Source: Camelus ferus
Lineage: Eukaryota
Assembly (NCBI RefSeq): GCF_009834535.1
Contig: NC_045697.1
Location: forward strand, 84,012,001-84,076,000
Direction of reading: 5' to 3'
Length of the DNA: 64,000 nucleotides
Shown one piece after another: positions 1 through 11,778 of the stretch; the stretch's first letter is position 1; each line of letters begins with the position of its first letter. A program made the position numbers and the translations under genes. The notes below the pieces were generated by a model. It was not told where the DNA came from. It was given only the letters and a program-made list of their open reading frames with translations, and made no database searches.

Positions 1-1058
1 TTGCTCATTATTATGCACACCATGAAGCTCTCAATATTTTGTGCCATATAAAATATATATTGTCATATTTTCATAATTTGCATTTATAATTGCAAAATCA
101 CCCTGCTTATTATAGATTCCTAGGAATTAATATAGACTGCCAAAGACCACCAAAGTGAAGATCATAAGCCAGCATGAAATTGAGTATTGATGAGCTCCAA
201 GAAGAGTCAGAGATACTGATCTCTTGTGGTCCTCTTGAATGAATTTTTCTCTAACAAGACTGGACTCCTCTGGGCTGGATGAGGAATGCGTCAGAATGCA
301 ATAAGGTGGAGCAGAGCCTGTGTTCCTTTCTCCTCTCCCAGAAGGTCGAGATTCCTGCTCAGGTCCTTGTCCATCTCTGCCCTCCTGGCCCACATCTGCC
401 TACATGGTGTCTACAGCTCTCTCTTCAGATTCTGCCCCTAACTTCTCCTTAGCATTACCAATTACTTATGCATTTATTCTGATGTAGATTTTACTGTGTT
501 ATAAAATCACATTTTAATTTCAGATTTTAAAAATATCGAAGTATATGAACTTTGATATGATCATATTTGACAGTCTGTATACATCTTTTAAAACAAAAGA
601 AGGCAATTTGCTTACAGATGTGCCTTGAATGTCTTCAAAAGTTCAACAACATTTCCCACCCCTCCCCCTCTTTTTTTTTTAACTTCAGGAAGATTATTCA
701 TGGGGGAAAGTCCTAGAGCGTATTTCCAAACTAAATACAAGTCGTAACACAAAGCACCCTTTTATATAGACTTGTCATTGCCATCTAGGGAATATGTATG
801 TCTCAAAAGTGAAAGGATGCTCAACTAAAAAAGGGCATTTCTATTCTGGTCAAAGTCTTGACTGAAATTAAGTTTGTTGCCCATCTCTCTGTCTCAGAAG
901 AACAGTCACATGCAGTCAGGAAAAGAAAGAGCAGCTGAAGGAACTCTAGGCAGTATTCAGGCATAAAACTGAGCTAGAGAGAAACATATATATTCTTGAA
1001 ATAGATGGTATTTCCACACTTCCCATATTAACTGGTTAGTTGATCAACTGTCTTTCCA

Positions 1059-1120
1059 GATATAGATATATATACATATAGATGTAGATATAGTATGTGG
1101 ATATATATATATATATATTG
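1059..1120. repeat. Degenerate (TA)n/(GATATA)n low-complexity tract
   Basis: gatatagatatatatacatatagatgtagatatagtatgtggatatatatatatatatattg. Confidence 0.8.
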
Positions 1121-1180
1121 ATATGTGTGCATCTATCTTTCCTTATCTATAGCTTTACACAGGGAAATATGTAACAAAGA

Positions 1181-1412
1181 ATAATTACTAACACTTATAA
1201 AATACTTACTATGTGCCAGGCACTGCCTAAGCATCTTACACGTATTAACTCACTTAATCCTATGAGGGAAGTATAATATTATCATTTTTTCAGATGAGGA
1301 AACTGAGGTGTAATAAAATACATTGCCCAAGATCACACAGATAGTAGTGATGACCTGAACCCAGACAGTCTGGCTCCAGATTTCATGCTCTTTACCACCA
1401 TGCCAAACTGCC
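1181..1412 (-). mobile_element. MIR SINE, near full length
   Basis: Reverse-orientation MIR hallmarks: tactatgtgccaggcactg, cagatgaggaaactgagg, ttgcccaagatcacacag, gaacccagacagtctggctcca. Confidence 0.9.
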
Positions 1413-1414
1413 CT

Positions 1415-2570
1415 GTCCTCAGAGAAGTTACAACATAATGGGAAGTGTAAATATTCACATATGAGAAGCTAAATGATCACTCAATTCCACAATATGAAAT
1501 GTCTCACAATAGCATGTGCTTAGATGGTGCTTGGGCTCTGAGGCTGCAGATACAGAGGATGTGTTTCCCCCACCTGTTTTACTGTGGACCAAGGTAACCA
1601 GGAGAAGCTTCTCAGGAAGAGAAGAATTGAAGAATTAGGCCTTTTTAACTGGAAGAATTGGATGAGAGAAGCAGAGAACAGAAGGCATTCTGGGTGAGAG
1701 GAAGGGCTTGAGCCAATATTCGGAGATCAAAATGCACAAAGCATTGTTATAGGGGAGCAGTAAGAAGACCCGTCTACCCAAAGCAACAAGTTTAAGCAGA
1801 GAAAAATAGGAGGTGTGTTTCCGAAAGGTTGCTTAAATCCAGATGTTACAAGGATGTGACTGTCAGGCAAAGAATTTTGACTTCATTTCATAGATAAAGC
1901 TGAGTTGTCTTAAGAGGTCAAGAGCAAGAGTGGGAAAGTAAAAAAAAGTATTTGGGGAATATTAATCTGGCAACCATGTGCAAGAAATGAACGGATAAGA
2001 AAAAGGAAGCAGGGCCTTGCTCAGAAGTTTGTGCATTTTTCAAGATGAGGGCCTGGAATTCAACAGATATGTTTTAAATAAATAAAAAGGAAGGCATAAA
2101 TTCTAGAACTAGTACTAAGGAAATATGAGTAGGAATTGTCTGAATTGTTATGGAAACCTAAGGGGAAAACATCAAAGATTATTTCAAAGGGTTTTAACCT
2201 GGGAAACACAGAGTAAGATGGAATCCAAATGAAAAGTAGAAACAAACTGGAAATGAAGAGAGAGATTAGGGATTTGAAGACAGATTTAGAAGCCATCTCA
2301 TAGAGGGGGACTGATTTTGAAGAGAGACTAGGGGACTGATAAAGCTTTAGGTAATATCCATGGGAGAGGACTAGGAAGTAGAAGGAAAGTTCATGAAGGA
2401 AATTGAGAAGATGCAGTTATTAAAGTAGAAGCTGTGGAGCATCAGGATGGTGTAAGCTTTGTGGAAGCCAAGGAAGGAAGTGGTTTAAAGAAGTAAACTA
2501 TGGTCAACAGTTCCAGGAGCTGAAGGGAGGAAAAGAATGCGAACGTAGAAAAAAGTCACTGAGCCAGCAC
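1415..2570 (-). mobile_element. Diverged L2 LINE fragment
   Basis: Purine-rich antisense L2-like phrases (gaaggcattctgggtgagagg, attaatctggcaacc, ggaagccaaggaaggaagtgg...tggtcaacag). Boundaries approximate. Confidence 0.6.
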
Positions 2571-3124
2571 TGGCACACTCACATTACACAGTGTATATGT
2601 AGTGGCCCCAACTTCATTCTGTCAACTTATTTTAATTTTGTCAACACAAAAATTATTCCTTATTGGGCAAATCAGTTCTTATTTAGACAGCCAATCAATA
2701 ATGCTTATTGAGCACTCATAACAAAACAACAGGGAGGAAGCTTGGTGGGAGAGGTGGAGGCAAGTGTAACTCACAGTAAAATGTTTTCTGAACTGTAGGG
2801 CTAAGGTGATCTTAGTTCTAATTTCCTTTTCTTTAGACACATAGAGAGTAGATGCTGGAAGGTGAGATGGTGATAAGAAGCTTATGAATCAATCACACAA
2901 CAAATCCCTAGAGTGTCCTGGCAAATTTGATCCATGTAATGGCTCTTTGAAACTGGGGTCTTTATTTGGAAAATCCATTCCCCGCAAATGCAGGGACCTA
3001 GTAAGTGCTGCTGATTTGAAAGGCTCTTGAGAATTAGTGAAGAGAAGAAGGCTTGGGTCCATCAATACACCCACCCATGCAGCCAGGAGCCATGTTTCAC
3101 ATCTCTCTGGTCTTTATTCTGTAT

Positions 3125-3345
3125 GACCTAGTATTGAAGAATATGCGCTTGGGAATCAGGTCTGGATTCAAACCCTGGGTCCTCCGTTTATCAGAATTGT
3201 GATTTGGAAAGCCAATTAATCCCTCTGGACTTTATTTTTGTCATCTGTGAAGATGGAAGTAATAATTCTATATCAAAGATTATCGTTAAATGCTCTGTTC
3301 ATGTGACACACTAAATACATGGTAGCTACTCTAATTATTATTTAA
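3125..3345 (+). mobile_element. MIR SINE
   Basis: ctggattcaaaccctgg...tgtgatttggaaagccaattaatccctctg...tcatctgtgaagatgg. Confidence 0.75.
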
Positions 3346-3489
3346 GGAGGTCCGACGGAAAGAATGGTGATTATCCTAGTTGATTATGAAGCCAGAGTAG
3401 TGTTAGAAGGTCTCAATCCTGATTCTTTTACTATACGATAAAATGACTTGCATCTTTAAATTTTTTCAAAGCCGTTCCATGTCTGCTAA

Positions 3490-3650
3490 TACATGTTATT
3501 CTCACAACAAACCTGCGAATGAGTCAGTGTATTTGTTATTGCTCTTATTTTGCAGATGGAGAAAGAGGGCATTAGAAGAGGGCGAGGACTTGTTTCAGTC
3601 ACAAAATGAGGTCACAGAGCCCGCACTGGAACCCAGGGCTGTTCATTCCT
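3490..3650 (-). mobile_element. MIR SINE fragment
   Basis: ttctcacaacaaacct...attttgcagatggagaaa...ctggaacccagg. Confidence 0.65.
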
Positions 3651-5536
3651 GTCAGAGCCTGATGGGAAAAGCCAAGAATCTGCTGCCACTTTTCGTGCCA
3701 AAATACCCCTCCACTTATGCAGTGAACACAATGCAGAGATGAGCTAACTCTCTAGTCACATCAAAGAGCTCCTTGTTGAACTTTCGACTTTTGGCAAGTC
3801 ATGCATCATTTCTTAGCCTGAGCAATTCTCTGACACTTTTCCTGCCTGAACTTTTCTTTTTCAAGGCATTTTGCAGTTTACTCTTAGCATTCTTGAATAG
3901 TAGGTATTATTTTCATCCTTCTCACACCTCAGAAAAACATATGGTTTGTTATGTTTCCATTAGTCAGCATTACCCATCCAAATACTTACTTAAGTCAGAA
4001 TATTGGCCTGGATATATGTGTGTGTACAGTTGTGGGGTCAGCGGGAGGGAAGGGTGGTTGACAAGGGGAAAAGCACAAGTGAAATTTAACCTCAAAGACT
4101 TTGAGACATGTCCTATTACTTTAAATCTTCCAATTTTAAGGATAAAATATATGCTTTTCTTCAATTTTGTACACTCAGTTAACTAACTGTTCCATTATTT
4201 AGTAGATTTTGTATTTGCTTGGGAGGTATCAGGTCCTAGACAAGCAGGTCTCAGTCTTTCATAATTTTGTTTACCCCTTAGGACTCTGTGGCAGGTAGGA
4301 GTGAGAGGGGGCAATGGAGGAGAGAGGGTGAAAAGTACAAGACTGTAAGTACTGAATCCATCTCCAGCGGAGGAGAGGAGGATCCCCAGTCGCCCTGCCC
4401 TACGACTTGTCCACAGCTGTGTGAGCCGAGGGAAGCTATAGAACATTCTTCGCACCTCCTCTTGCAGTCTTCAGCCATCTCAGGAAACAGACTGCTTCAG
4501 TCATCGCTTCCCTCCTGGAAGCAATGAATTCATTAGAAGAAAAGCAGAACTCAGATTGCTCCCCCTAGCGTTTTTGCAGGTTAAGACCTAGAGTGCCCGG
4601 CCAGCCAGTAAGGGAGCCGCACCTGGGGGGAAGTGAAAGGCTCCATGTTCCTGCATTATGAAGTCACACATTCAGTTTTACTTTGATTTAAAATGTGTTT
4701 CTCCAAGTTTATCAATTTTTATGTTTTAAGACAGATGACCTTTTAGCCTTACATGATATATTTCTATTCAAAGGGTTTTAGGATCTATTTGTTCATTAGT
4801 AAGTAAAGCTGAAATGCCTAAAAAGTTATTGGTAACACTGAAACTATTATTTCTATGAAAAGACAATGAATATATGTTCCCCAGGAGTGAAGATACATTT
4901 CCCATTACCATATCAGGGCTTCAGAGGAAATCAGTTTCCTTGAATCATCACTCTCCATCCCTTTCACTTCACTGACCAATCACAGTGGTTTGAATCCTAA
5001 ATTTAACTTTGGAAGTTTGCAGCAAGTTCCAAAGAATTTGCTAAATAGGTTTCAAATGTTAGTCCTTTGTGCCTTGGGAATGAAGAATTAAAAGAAGAAA
5101 GATGGTTGCTTTTATAGTAAAAGCTTGGCACAAAATAAAAGCTTTTTTCCCCTTCTGTTTTTCCATGTGCTCACCTAAAGCAATAAATGTGTGGGTGATT
5201 ACCCCTGAGTTTTCCCAACAATCTCAAGGCAGTTTAATGGAATGGACAATGTGCTTTTTTTAAGAAGATCGCTATGAACATTCATTTCAATTCAAGGAGT
5301 ATCTCTTAAACTTACTCTGAGCCAAATCTGGTGCAAAGAAACATGAGAGATAGAAAAGAAACACAAACCCCAGGCTCTCTCTCTAGTTGTCTGTGACCTC
5401 TGCACTGCCCAGCTGTTCTTTCCTAGCTCCTCGTCCTCTACCAACTTCTATGTGCTGGAGTCTCCAAGGCACTACCCTTGGAGTGTTGGCCTTGGAGGAA
5501 GCCTTTTATCTTCTCTATCTACACTCTCTCCCTAGG

Positions 5537-6010
5537 TGTAGTGGGTTGAATGGTGGCCCCCAAAGAGGTATGTCAACATCCTAATTTCCAGAAGTTGTAT
5601 TACCTCATTTTGGAAAAGAGGTCTTTGCAGTTGTAGTTAAGTTAAGGAATCTGAGATGAAGAGATCATCCTGGATTATTCAGGTTGGTCTTATATCCAAT
5701 GACAAGTGTCCTCATAAGAGAAACACAGGGGAGATTTGACAGAGAGAGGAGGAGGAGGCAATGTGACCAAAGAGGTGGAGCTTGCAGAGTTGTGGCCACA
5801 AGGTCACAACACAAGTGAAGGATTACTGGCAGCCCTCAGAAGCTAGAAGTGAGGAATGGACTCTCCCCTGGAGTCTCCAGAGGGAGTGCAACCCCTGAGA
5901 CACCTTGATTTTGGACTTCTGGCTTCCAGACTGTGAAAGAATGTATTTCTGTTGTATTAAGCCACCAGTTTGTCCTTAGTCTGTTGCAGCATCCACAGGA
6001 AATGAATAAG
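5537..6010 (+). mobile_element. MaLR solo LTR, MLT1C-like
   Basis: Starts tgtagtgggttgaatggtggccccc, contains gacaccttgattttggacttctggcttccagactgtga...tttctgttgtattaagccaccagtttgt, ends ggaaatgaataag. 5-bp TSD ctagg (5532-5536) / ttagg (6011-6015). Confidence 0.92.
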
Positions 6011-6551
6011 TTAGGTAATGCCATGTAGCTTTCATCTTCAAATCTCATCTCTAGATTTAAATCTCCAATCCTGACCCTCCTCTGGGTGCCACACTCATAC
6101 ATCTAACTGCCTGCCTCACGTTTGTACTTGGATATCTAATGGACATCTCAAACTTAATACGGCCAACAGAATTCTTGGTTTCCAACCCCTGCACTCATAA
6201 ATCTGTTTGAAGTCTTCCCCATCAAAAAATGACACACCATCTTAGGTTTAGGGCTTAAGTCCAACTACTTCCTGGCTCCAGCAAAGAACCTTAGCATCAT
6301 GCTTGATACTTTTCTTCCTCTCAACACCCTCCACCTAATTCCTAGATGAATCCTCTTGGCTACCATCTTAGCCCATCATCACTGACCCCAGCTTCTAATT
6401 TCCTCCCTGCCTCTACTCTTGTCTTTTCCCACAAAATCCAGCATAAACTTCCTACAGTGTAACTCAGATCTTATCATTCTCTGCCTAAGATGTTCTCTTG
6501 GCTTCCCATTGCACTTAGAATAATACCCAAGTTTCATACCTTGGCCTGTAG

Positions 6552-6774
6552 CAGTCGTTCTCAGCTGGAGGCTATTTTGCCCTCTACAGCCTGAAAGACA
6601 TTTGGCAATTTCTGGAGATATTCTTTGCTCGACACTACTAGGGAGATCCTATTGGCATCGAGTGGGTAGAGCCCAGGAATGCTGCGACACAACCCTGCAC
6701 TGCATGGAAAAGGCCCCCACAACAAAGAATTATCTGGCTCCAAAGGCTAATAGTGCCAACGTTGAGGAACCCTG
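6552..6774 (+). mobile_element. MER20 (hAT-Charlie non-autonomous DNA transposon)
   Basis: cagtcgttctcag...gacatttggcaatttctggaga...cccacaacaaagaattatctggc...gttgaggaaccctg. 8-bp TSD gcctgtag / gcctggag. Confidence 0.92.
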
Positions 6775-9629
6775 GCCTGGAGAGTCCACATAAACTGGTA
6801 TCTGCCTTCTATTGCTTCATTTCCTTCTGCTCTTCCTCAGATATGCTGAGCTTGTCCACATCTCAAAGCCTCTGAATACGCTCTCCCTTTGGGTTGCAAC
6901 ATGCTTTTCCTAGATCTTTGCATCTCTGTGTCTTCATTCTTCAGGTGTCAGTTCAAAAACTACCTCCTCAGAGAGGCATCCCCCGTCAAAAGCGGTCTCC
7001 ACCATCCTGTGCCCAGTTGCTCCATCCCATGAACCTGTTTTTACCTTCTACATTGCTCGTATTGGTACTTTAACTCATCTTATTCCTTATGAGCTTATTG
7101 TTGGCTTCCTCCCCCTGAAGTTGCAGTCTCCTTGAAGGTCTTTCATGTTCACAGCTGTCTGCCTGCACCTAGAGCAGTACCTGGCACAGAGTCACTGCTT
7201 GATAAACAGCCGTCAACTCATTGACATACAAATGTAAAGCAATAGAAGATAATGAAGTAACCCATCCATCAGTTGTTTGGTCCCAAAAGTGATGCAGTGA
7301 CTCACCAGGAAGGCAGACTTATGTCTAAGCCCTCATCAATTTCTAGTATACAGCTCGTTGGATGTTACCTTAAGTCTTAACTCTACTGACAGAATGAGAA
7401 GCTGGGCCCTAGTTTGTAGAAAAGATGTAATTTCACTTTTGAATCTACTGTTTGAAGACAGAGCAGACTTTCACATAGTGTTTGACTGGTAACCAGTTGT
7501 AGATTTTGAAGCATCCAACATAGAAGCAATGGATGAGTCTCCGAGAGCAGAGGAGCCCACTGAGGGATTGCTTTCAGAGAGAAAAGCCGAAGATTTGCCC
7601 TGAGAGAACCTACTGTGAGGAATAGAGGAGAAAGAAGTGTTATTAAAGTAAATAGAGAAATAAATTGATTAGAAAAGTAATAGGAAAACAAGAAAAATCA
7701 AAGTCTCTGAAGCCCCAGCCATGGGATGACAGAAGATATTCAGTTTATAAAGGAAGCACTGATAATGCATTTTTGGAATTTTATGCTTTTGTGTTGGGGG
7801 TACATGTTCCTTCCATTAATCAGCAGATAGCTAAAAATTTTCTGGCAATGCAAAAATAAATTTAGCTAAGAAGTACCTACAAATAGGGAATGTAATGAAA
7901 ATATTCAGTTCTTCCTTTTAAAAAAATTTTCATTCTGCTATGAAATTTCCATAATCATAAAGGGTTTCATGATAATCCTCAGGCCCCTAATTTTTCTACT
8001 ATCTATTTTACTTATTAGGAAAAACTGATTAAAGTGTTGGAAATAGAAGTCATTTTGTTCTCTTTCATCATGTGTTGAGTGGTTGAGAAATCAGCTAGGG
8101 AGACTGGCAAAATTAACTGGCAAAAGCTTCCATTTGCCCCAAACTGATGCACTCCTGTTTCCATGTTTGGAAATGATTTCTTGAGCTTATCCACATTTTG
8201 TTGGCAGGTCGTATCTTTGGAGAATGACAGGCACTTTTCTCCCTACCACCCGTTAGCCATGATCCTGGCCTTGAGGAATGCAAACTGCCTGTAATGTTCA
8301 GAATCTGAGGGCAAATAAACTGAGGACCAAGTGAAACTGAGGGTGCAGCCATTAGGTGAGAACAAACTCCACTGCAGGCACACATTGCTGAACTTGCCTC
8401 GTGGTGGTGTATTTTGTCCCATCATGTGAAAAAAGAAATGAAACAGAGGACATTTTTAAAAGTAGGGTACAAGATGAGAGTTAAACATATCTGAGAATGA
8501 ATTCAATGATTACATTGGATTCTAAGAAAGAAGCACTTCTATACTATCTTCAGTGATAGTGTATATTCTCGCCCCCAAAGTCAGATACTTTTTACAAGGC
8601 ATCCTGGGCAAATATCTATCCTGTTAGATCATTGCAGTGAGTATGCAGACAGTAGTTTCTGTCCTATTTAAGTATATTTTCATCTAGGAAAAAAACTAAA
8701 TTTTAAACCTATCTACAATTTCAAAGATGGGTTAATCCAGTTTAAGGCCATAGTCACACAAGCTGACAGACAAATCATTTTGCCTGACTTACTGATCTGT
8801 GTTATCAGTAACTGCTATTTCAATACTTAATATATCTGCAATAATAAGGAAAACTTACGACATTTGGATTTTCATGTCTTTAGACCTAGTCCCAATACTT
8901 ATTTTTAAGTTTTGCATCTTTAAGTTTTTTAAAACATCAGATTTTACTTATTCTTTCTATCAGTAGATCAAATACACAGGAAAATGAGGATCAATCGACT
9001 TTTAAAAATTAGTATTATTAAATGTTGCTATGATGTATTCCGTTGTCTGTATGTAAAACCTTTATTGCAAAGATATATCCCTAATCATTTTACCTAACAA
9101 CTTGCATTAAGCTTTTTTTTTTCCTTTGCATTAAGCTGGAAAATCTGTTACTCATCTTTAAGTACTGCCTCCAGGCAAACTCATTGTAGCATAAAGGCCA
9201 GAGTAGTTCTGGATACATTCTGTCCTGGAAATGTAACTACTTCTACTCAACTACTGGTCAGGTGATGCCTCTCGCTGAGATGGGAGTGCAGCCCATCAGG
9301 ATGTACATGGCCTTTGCATAAGAGGAGGACTACCCATGAAGACCATCTACTGGGCTTTTGGCTCTATTAAACCTAATTCTAGAATATGGAGCAGGTGCCA
9401 AGAAAAGTTTAAGAGGGTAAGAGTTATTTAAATCAGAGACAAGGAAAAAACATTACCTGAGGAAACCTTCAGGTTTTATATATTAGGATTCCATTCTTAT
9501 TCTCTCCCTCCATCCTTCCTCCCAACCCCCCCCCATCTCTATTTCTGCCTCTCTTCCTTCGTTCCTCTCTCCCATTGGATTTTTTCATTAATCTTTAGTG
9601 GTTCTTAATGAAGAAAATCTGTGATATAG

Positions 9630-9770
9630 CCATTCATATATTCATTCAACAAACAGTAACTACTATCTGTTAGACACTGTTCTGGAGATACAGATGCTCT
9701 TACAAATAAGAAAACCCCTGCCTTCAGGGAATTCATAGTCTAAAGGAGTTATAGACAAGAAAATCACCCT
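9630..9770 (-). mobile_element. L2 3'-end fragment
   Basis: ttcattcaacaaac...agacactgttctggagatacag...cccctgccttcagggaattcatagtcta. Confidence 0.75.
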
Positions 9771-10534
9771 TTATGGTAGAATGCATACTGTGTTCAGGTG
9801 TTAGCTGGGACTTCCTGGCCCCTTGAGATTTATTTAATGAAGATCAGAAGGACAAAATTCCCATTTCATGTCCTTTTGAAGGCCAAAGCATGCCTCCAAG
9901 ATTGCTATTGCATTTGCAGTCTGCTGTGCTCTGATTTCCTGCTTTCTGATGTACTCTGTATCTTTTAGCTGTTCCTTTATCTCTGTCCTGACATAACCCA
10001 AACTTGGGATGCAGCTCCTCTTCTATTCTCCCTGCCACCCCCATCTGCCTCTTCTCTTCCCACGCAAAGAGATCGTGAAAATAAAGCTGATAATATGTTT
10101 CAAAACTTAAACTGTGAGTTTTGAGGTCATGTGAAAACAAAGCAATAAACTTCAAATGGCATAGGGCATAGGTCCCCCATCACCAGAACTTTCTATCTGT
10201 CTGCCTCACCCCACGGAGCACCCGGACTTGTGCCAGTCTTCTCTTGTGCCTCCCTCCCTCCTGATTCTCCTCCTCAAGGCCATCCCTCCTGCCGTGGGCT
10301 CTCCCACCCCCACACTCCAGCCCTGGGATGTTCTTGCAGTCTCTTGTGCAGAGTAATTATGTTCTTTTCATGAAACCCCAATTCAAATCCAGGCCATTTT
10401 GTTCATGCCTAAACCCATCCTGGTGCTCAGGCAAGGAGCCTCTCGCAGTCTAGAACCCACTCTCTGTTCTCCTTACAGAAGGCGGGCAATTGTGCTCATG
10501 TACTATTTCCCCCTCCTTTACATGTGTGGATTCA

Positions 10535-10790
10535 CTTAGATATCCCCTCAGCAATATTTGCTGGATGTCTGCTATGTATCAGGTACCATTTTAGGTGCTG
10601 GGAATAAAGCTGTGTACAAGACAGGCACAGGTCCTGTCCTGGTGGATTTACATTCTGGAGAGTATGTACAAGATGCTCTGAAGAAATACAGAGAGGATGG
10701 GATTGCAGATCAGGGAAAGCTAGGTCTGAAAGGACAAGCAGGGTTAATCGGGGTGGATCAGAGGATGGCAGTTCAGACAGAGGGACTCAG
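10535..10790 (-). mobile_element. L2 3'-end fragment
   Basis: tgctatgtatcaggtaccattttaggtgctgggaataaagctgtgtacaagacagg...ggatttacattctgg. Confidence 0.7.
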
Positions 10791-11559
10791 TGACAGTGGC
10801 TGTAAAGTTCTCCACTCTCCATTCGGGTTGCTGGAATGAAAAGGGAAACAGAAAGTGTGGTTTATTTCCATCATTTCTTCCTCCAGCTCCCATACCTCAA
10901 TACTCAAGCAGTACCTTTCGGGCAGAATTGAGGTATGAGCTCTCTTAGGAGGAAGACAGTGCGGAGTCTCTCCCCTTTGCAGTTTCTGGGTGGAGCCAAC
11001 AGATAGGAGAGGTTTATTTGAATTGGTTTCTCTTCCCCCAAATCTGGGCCCCTGGAGCACAGCTCCCTCTTCACTTAGGCAGATCCCAAGGAGGGAACTA
11101 GTCTGCAGTCTCTCCTGGAGAAGGGAAGCTAGGGTATGGCTGGAGGGTTTGTTTATGATTTGCAAAGGACTGTGGGATATGGGATTGGAGACCAGGGCTG
11201 CTGCTAGGTCACGTGAAGCATTTATGCAAAACAAATATATATATATATTGCCACTTCTTCTGGGATGATGCAACTCAAATCTAGGATACAGGGCTTGGAA
11301 AGTGAGAGATCCCCCAAACAATTCCTTGGGCAGGGTGCAACCCCAACAAATGGTGAAACAGTCTGTCCCAGGTTGCATAGAGTCTATAAATTCAAAAGGT
11401 TGAATAAATTGATGAGGTTCTTACAGGACCTGAATCCACAGATGTACTTGAAGAGTAGGTTCCTCACAAGGCCCAGAATGATTAACTAATGAAGTGGGAG
11501 TATTTAAGGAAAGTGAACCTCACAATGGGTACATCTTTTCCCTCCTCATCTAATTAACA

Positions 11560-11778
11560 GTAACAGTGATTAGTCTTTACTGAGTACACCTGGCAGGTTC
11601 CAGACACTGCACTAAGTCACAGAGATTACGTCAATGAATTCTTAGAACAACCCTGTAACCTAGGTGGATATTATTACTACCATTTAATGTTTCATGAAAC
11701 AGAAGCTCAGGTGGTTGAACTAGTAAGTGGTTTTTAACTTAGAGCCCACTTCAACTCCCACTCTTTGCTGGCTATATC
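11560..11778 (-). mobile_element. MIR SINE
   Basis: ccagacactgcactaag...aacaaccctgtaacctaggtggatattattactaccattt...gaaacagaagctcag. Confidence 0.65.

Larger units (their letters stand above)
5390..7235 (+). mobile_element. L2 LINE 3' portion, split by two nested insertions (MLT1C LTR and MER20)
   Basis: L2 phrases ctctatctacactctctccctagg | ...ttggatatctaatggacatctcaaacttaa..., cttcccattgcacttagaataa, and the 3' end cctagagcagtacctggcacag. The pieces are colinear once the nested elements are removed. Confidence 0.8.

Noticed and set aside
9102..9137. 12-bp direct repeat ttgcattaagct flanking a T run (possible truncated retro-insertion scar)
   Set aside because: The target does not resemble an L1 endonuclease site; a simple slippage duplication explains it equally well.
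10586..10595. Perfect CArG CCATTTTAGG (also CCATTTTTGG at 23194-23203)
   Set aside because: Isolated; the first lies inside an L2 fragment, and the total CArG count in the window is near chance expectation.
10773..11378. Longest ORF in the track (201 aa, minus strand)
   Set aside because: No recognisable domain, crosses a TA run, lies antisense in an intron, and has no splice or coding signature.
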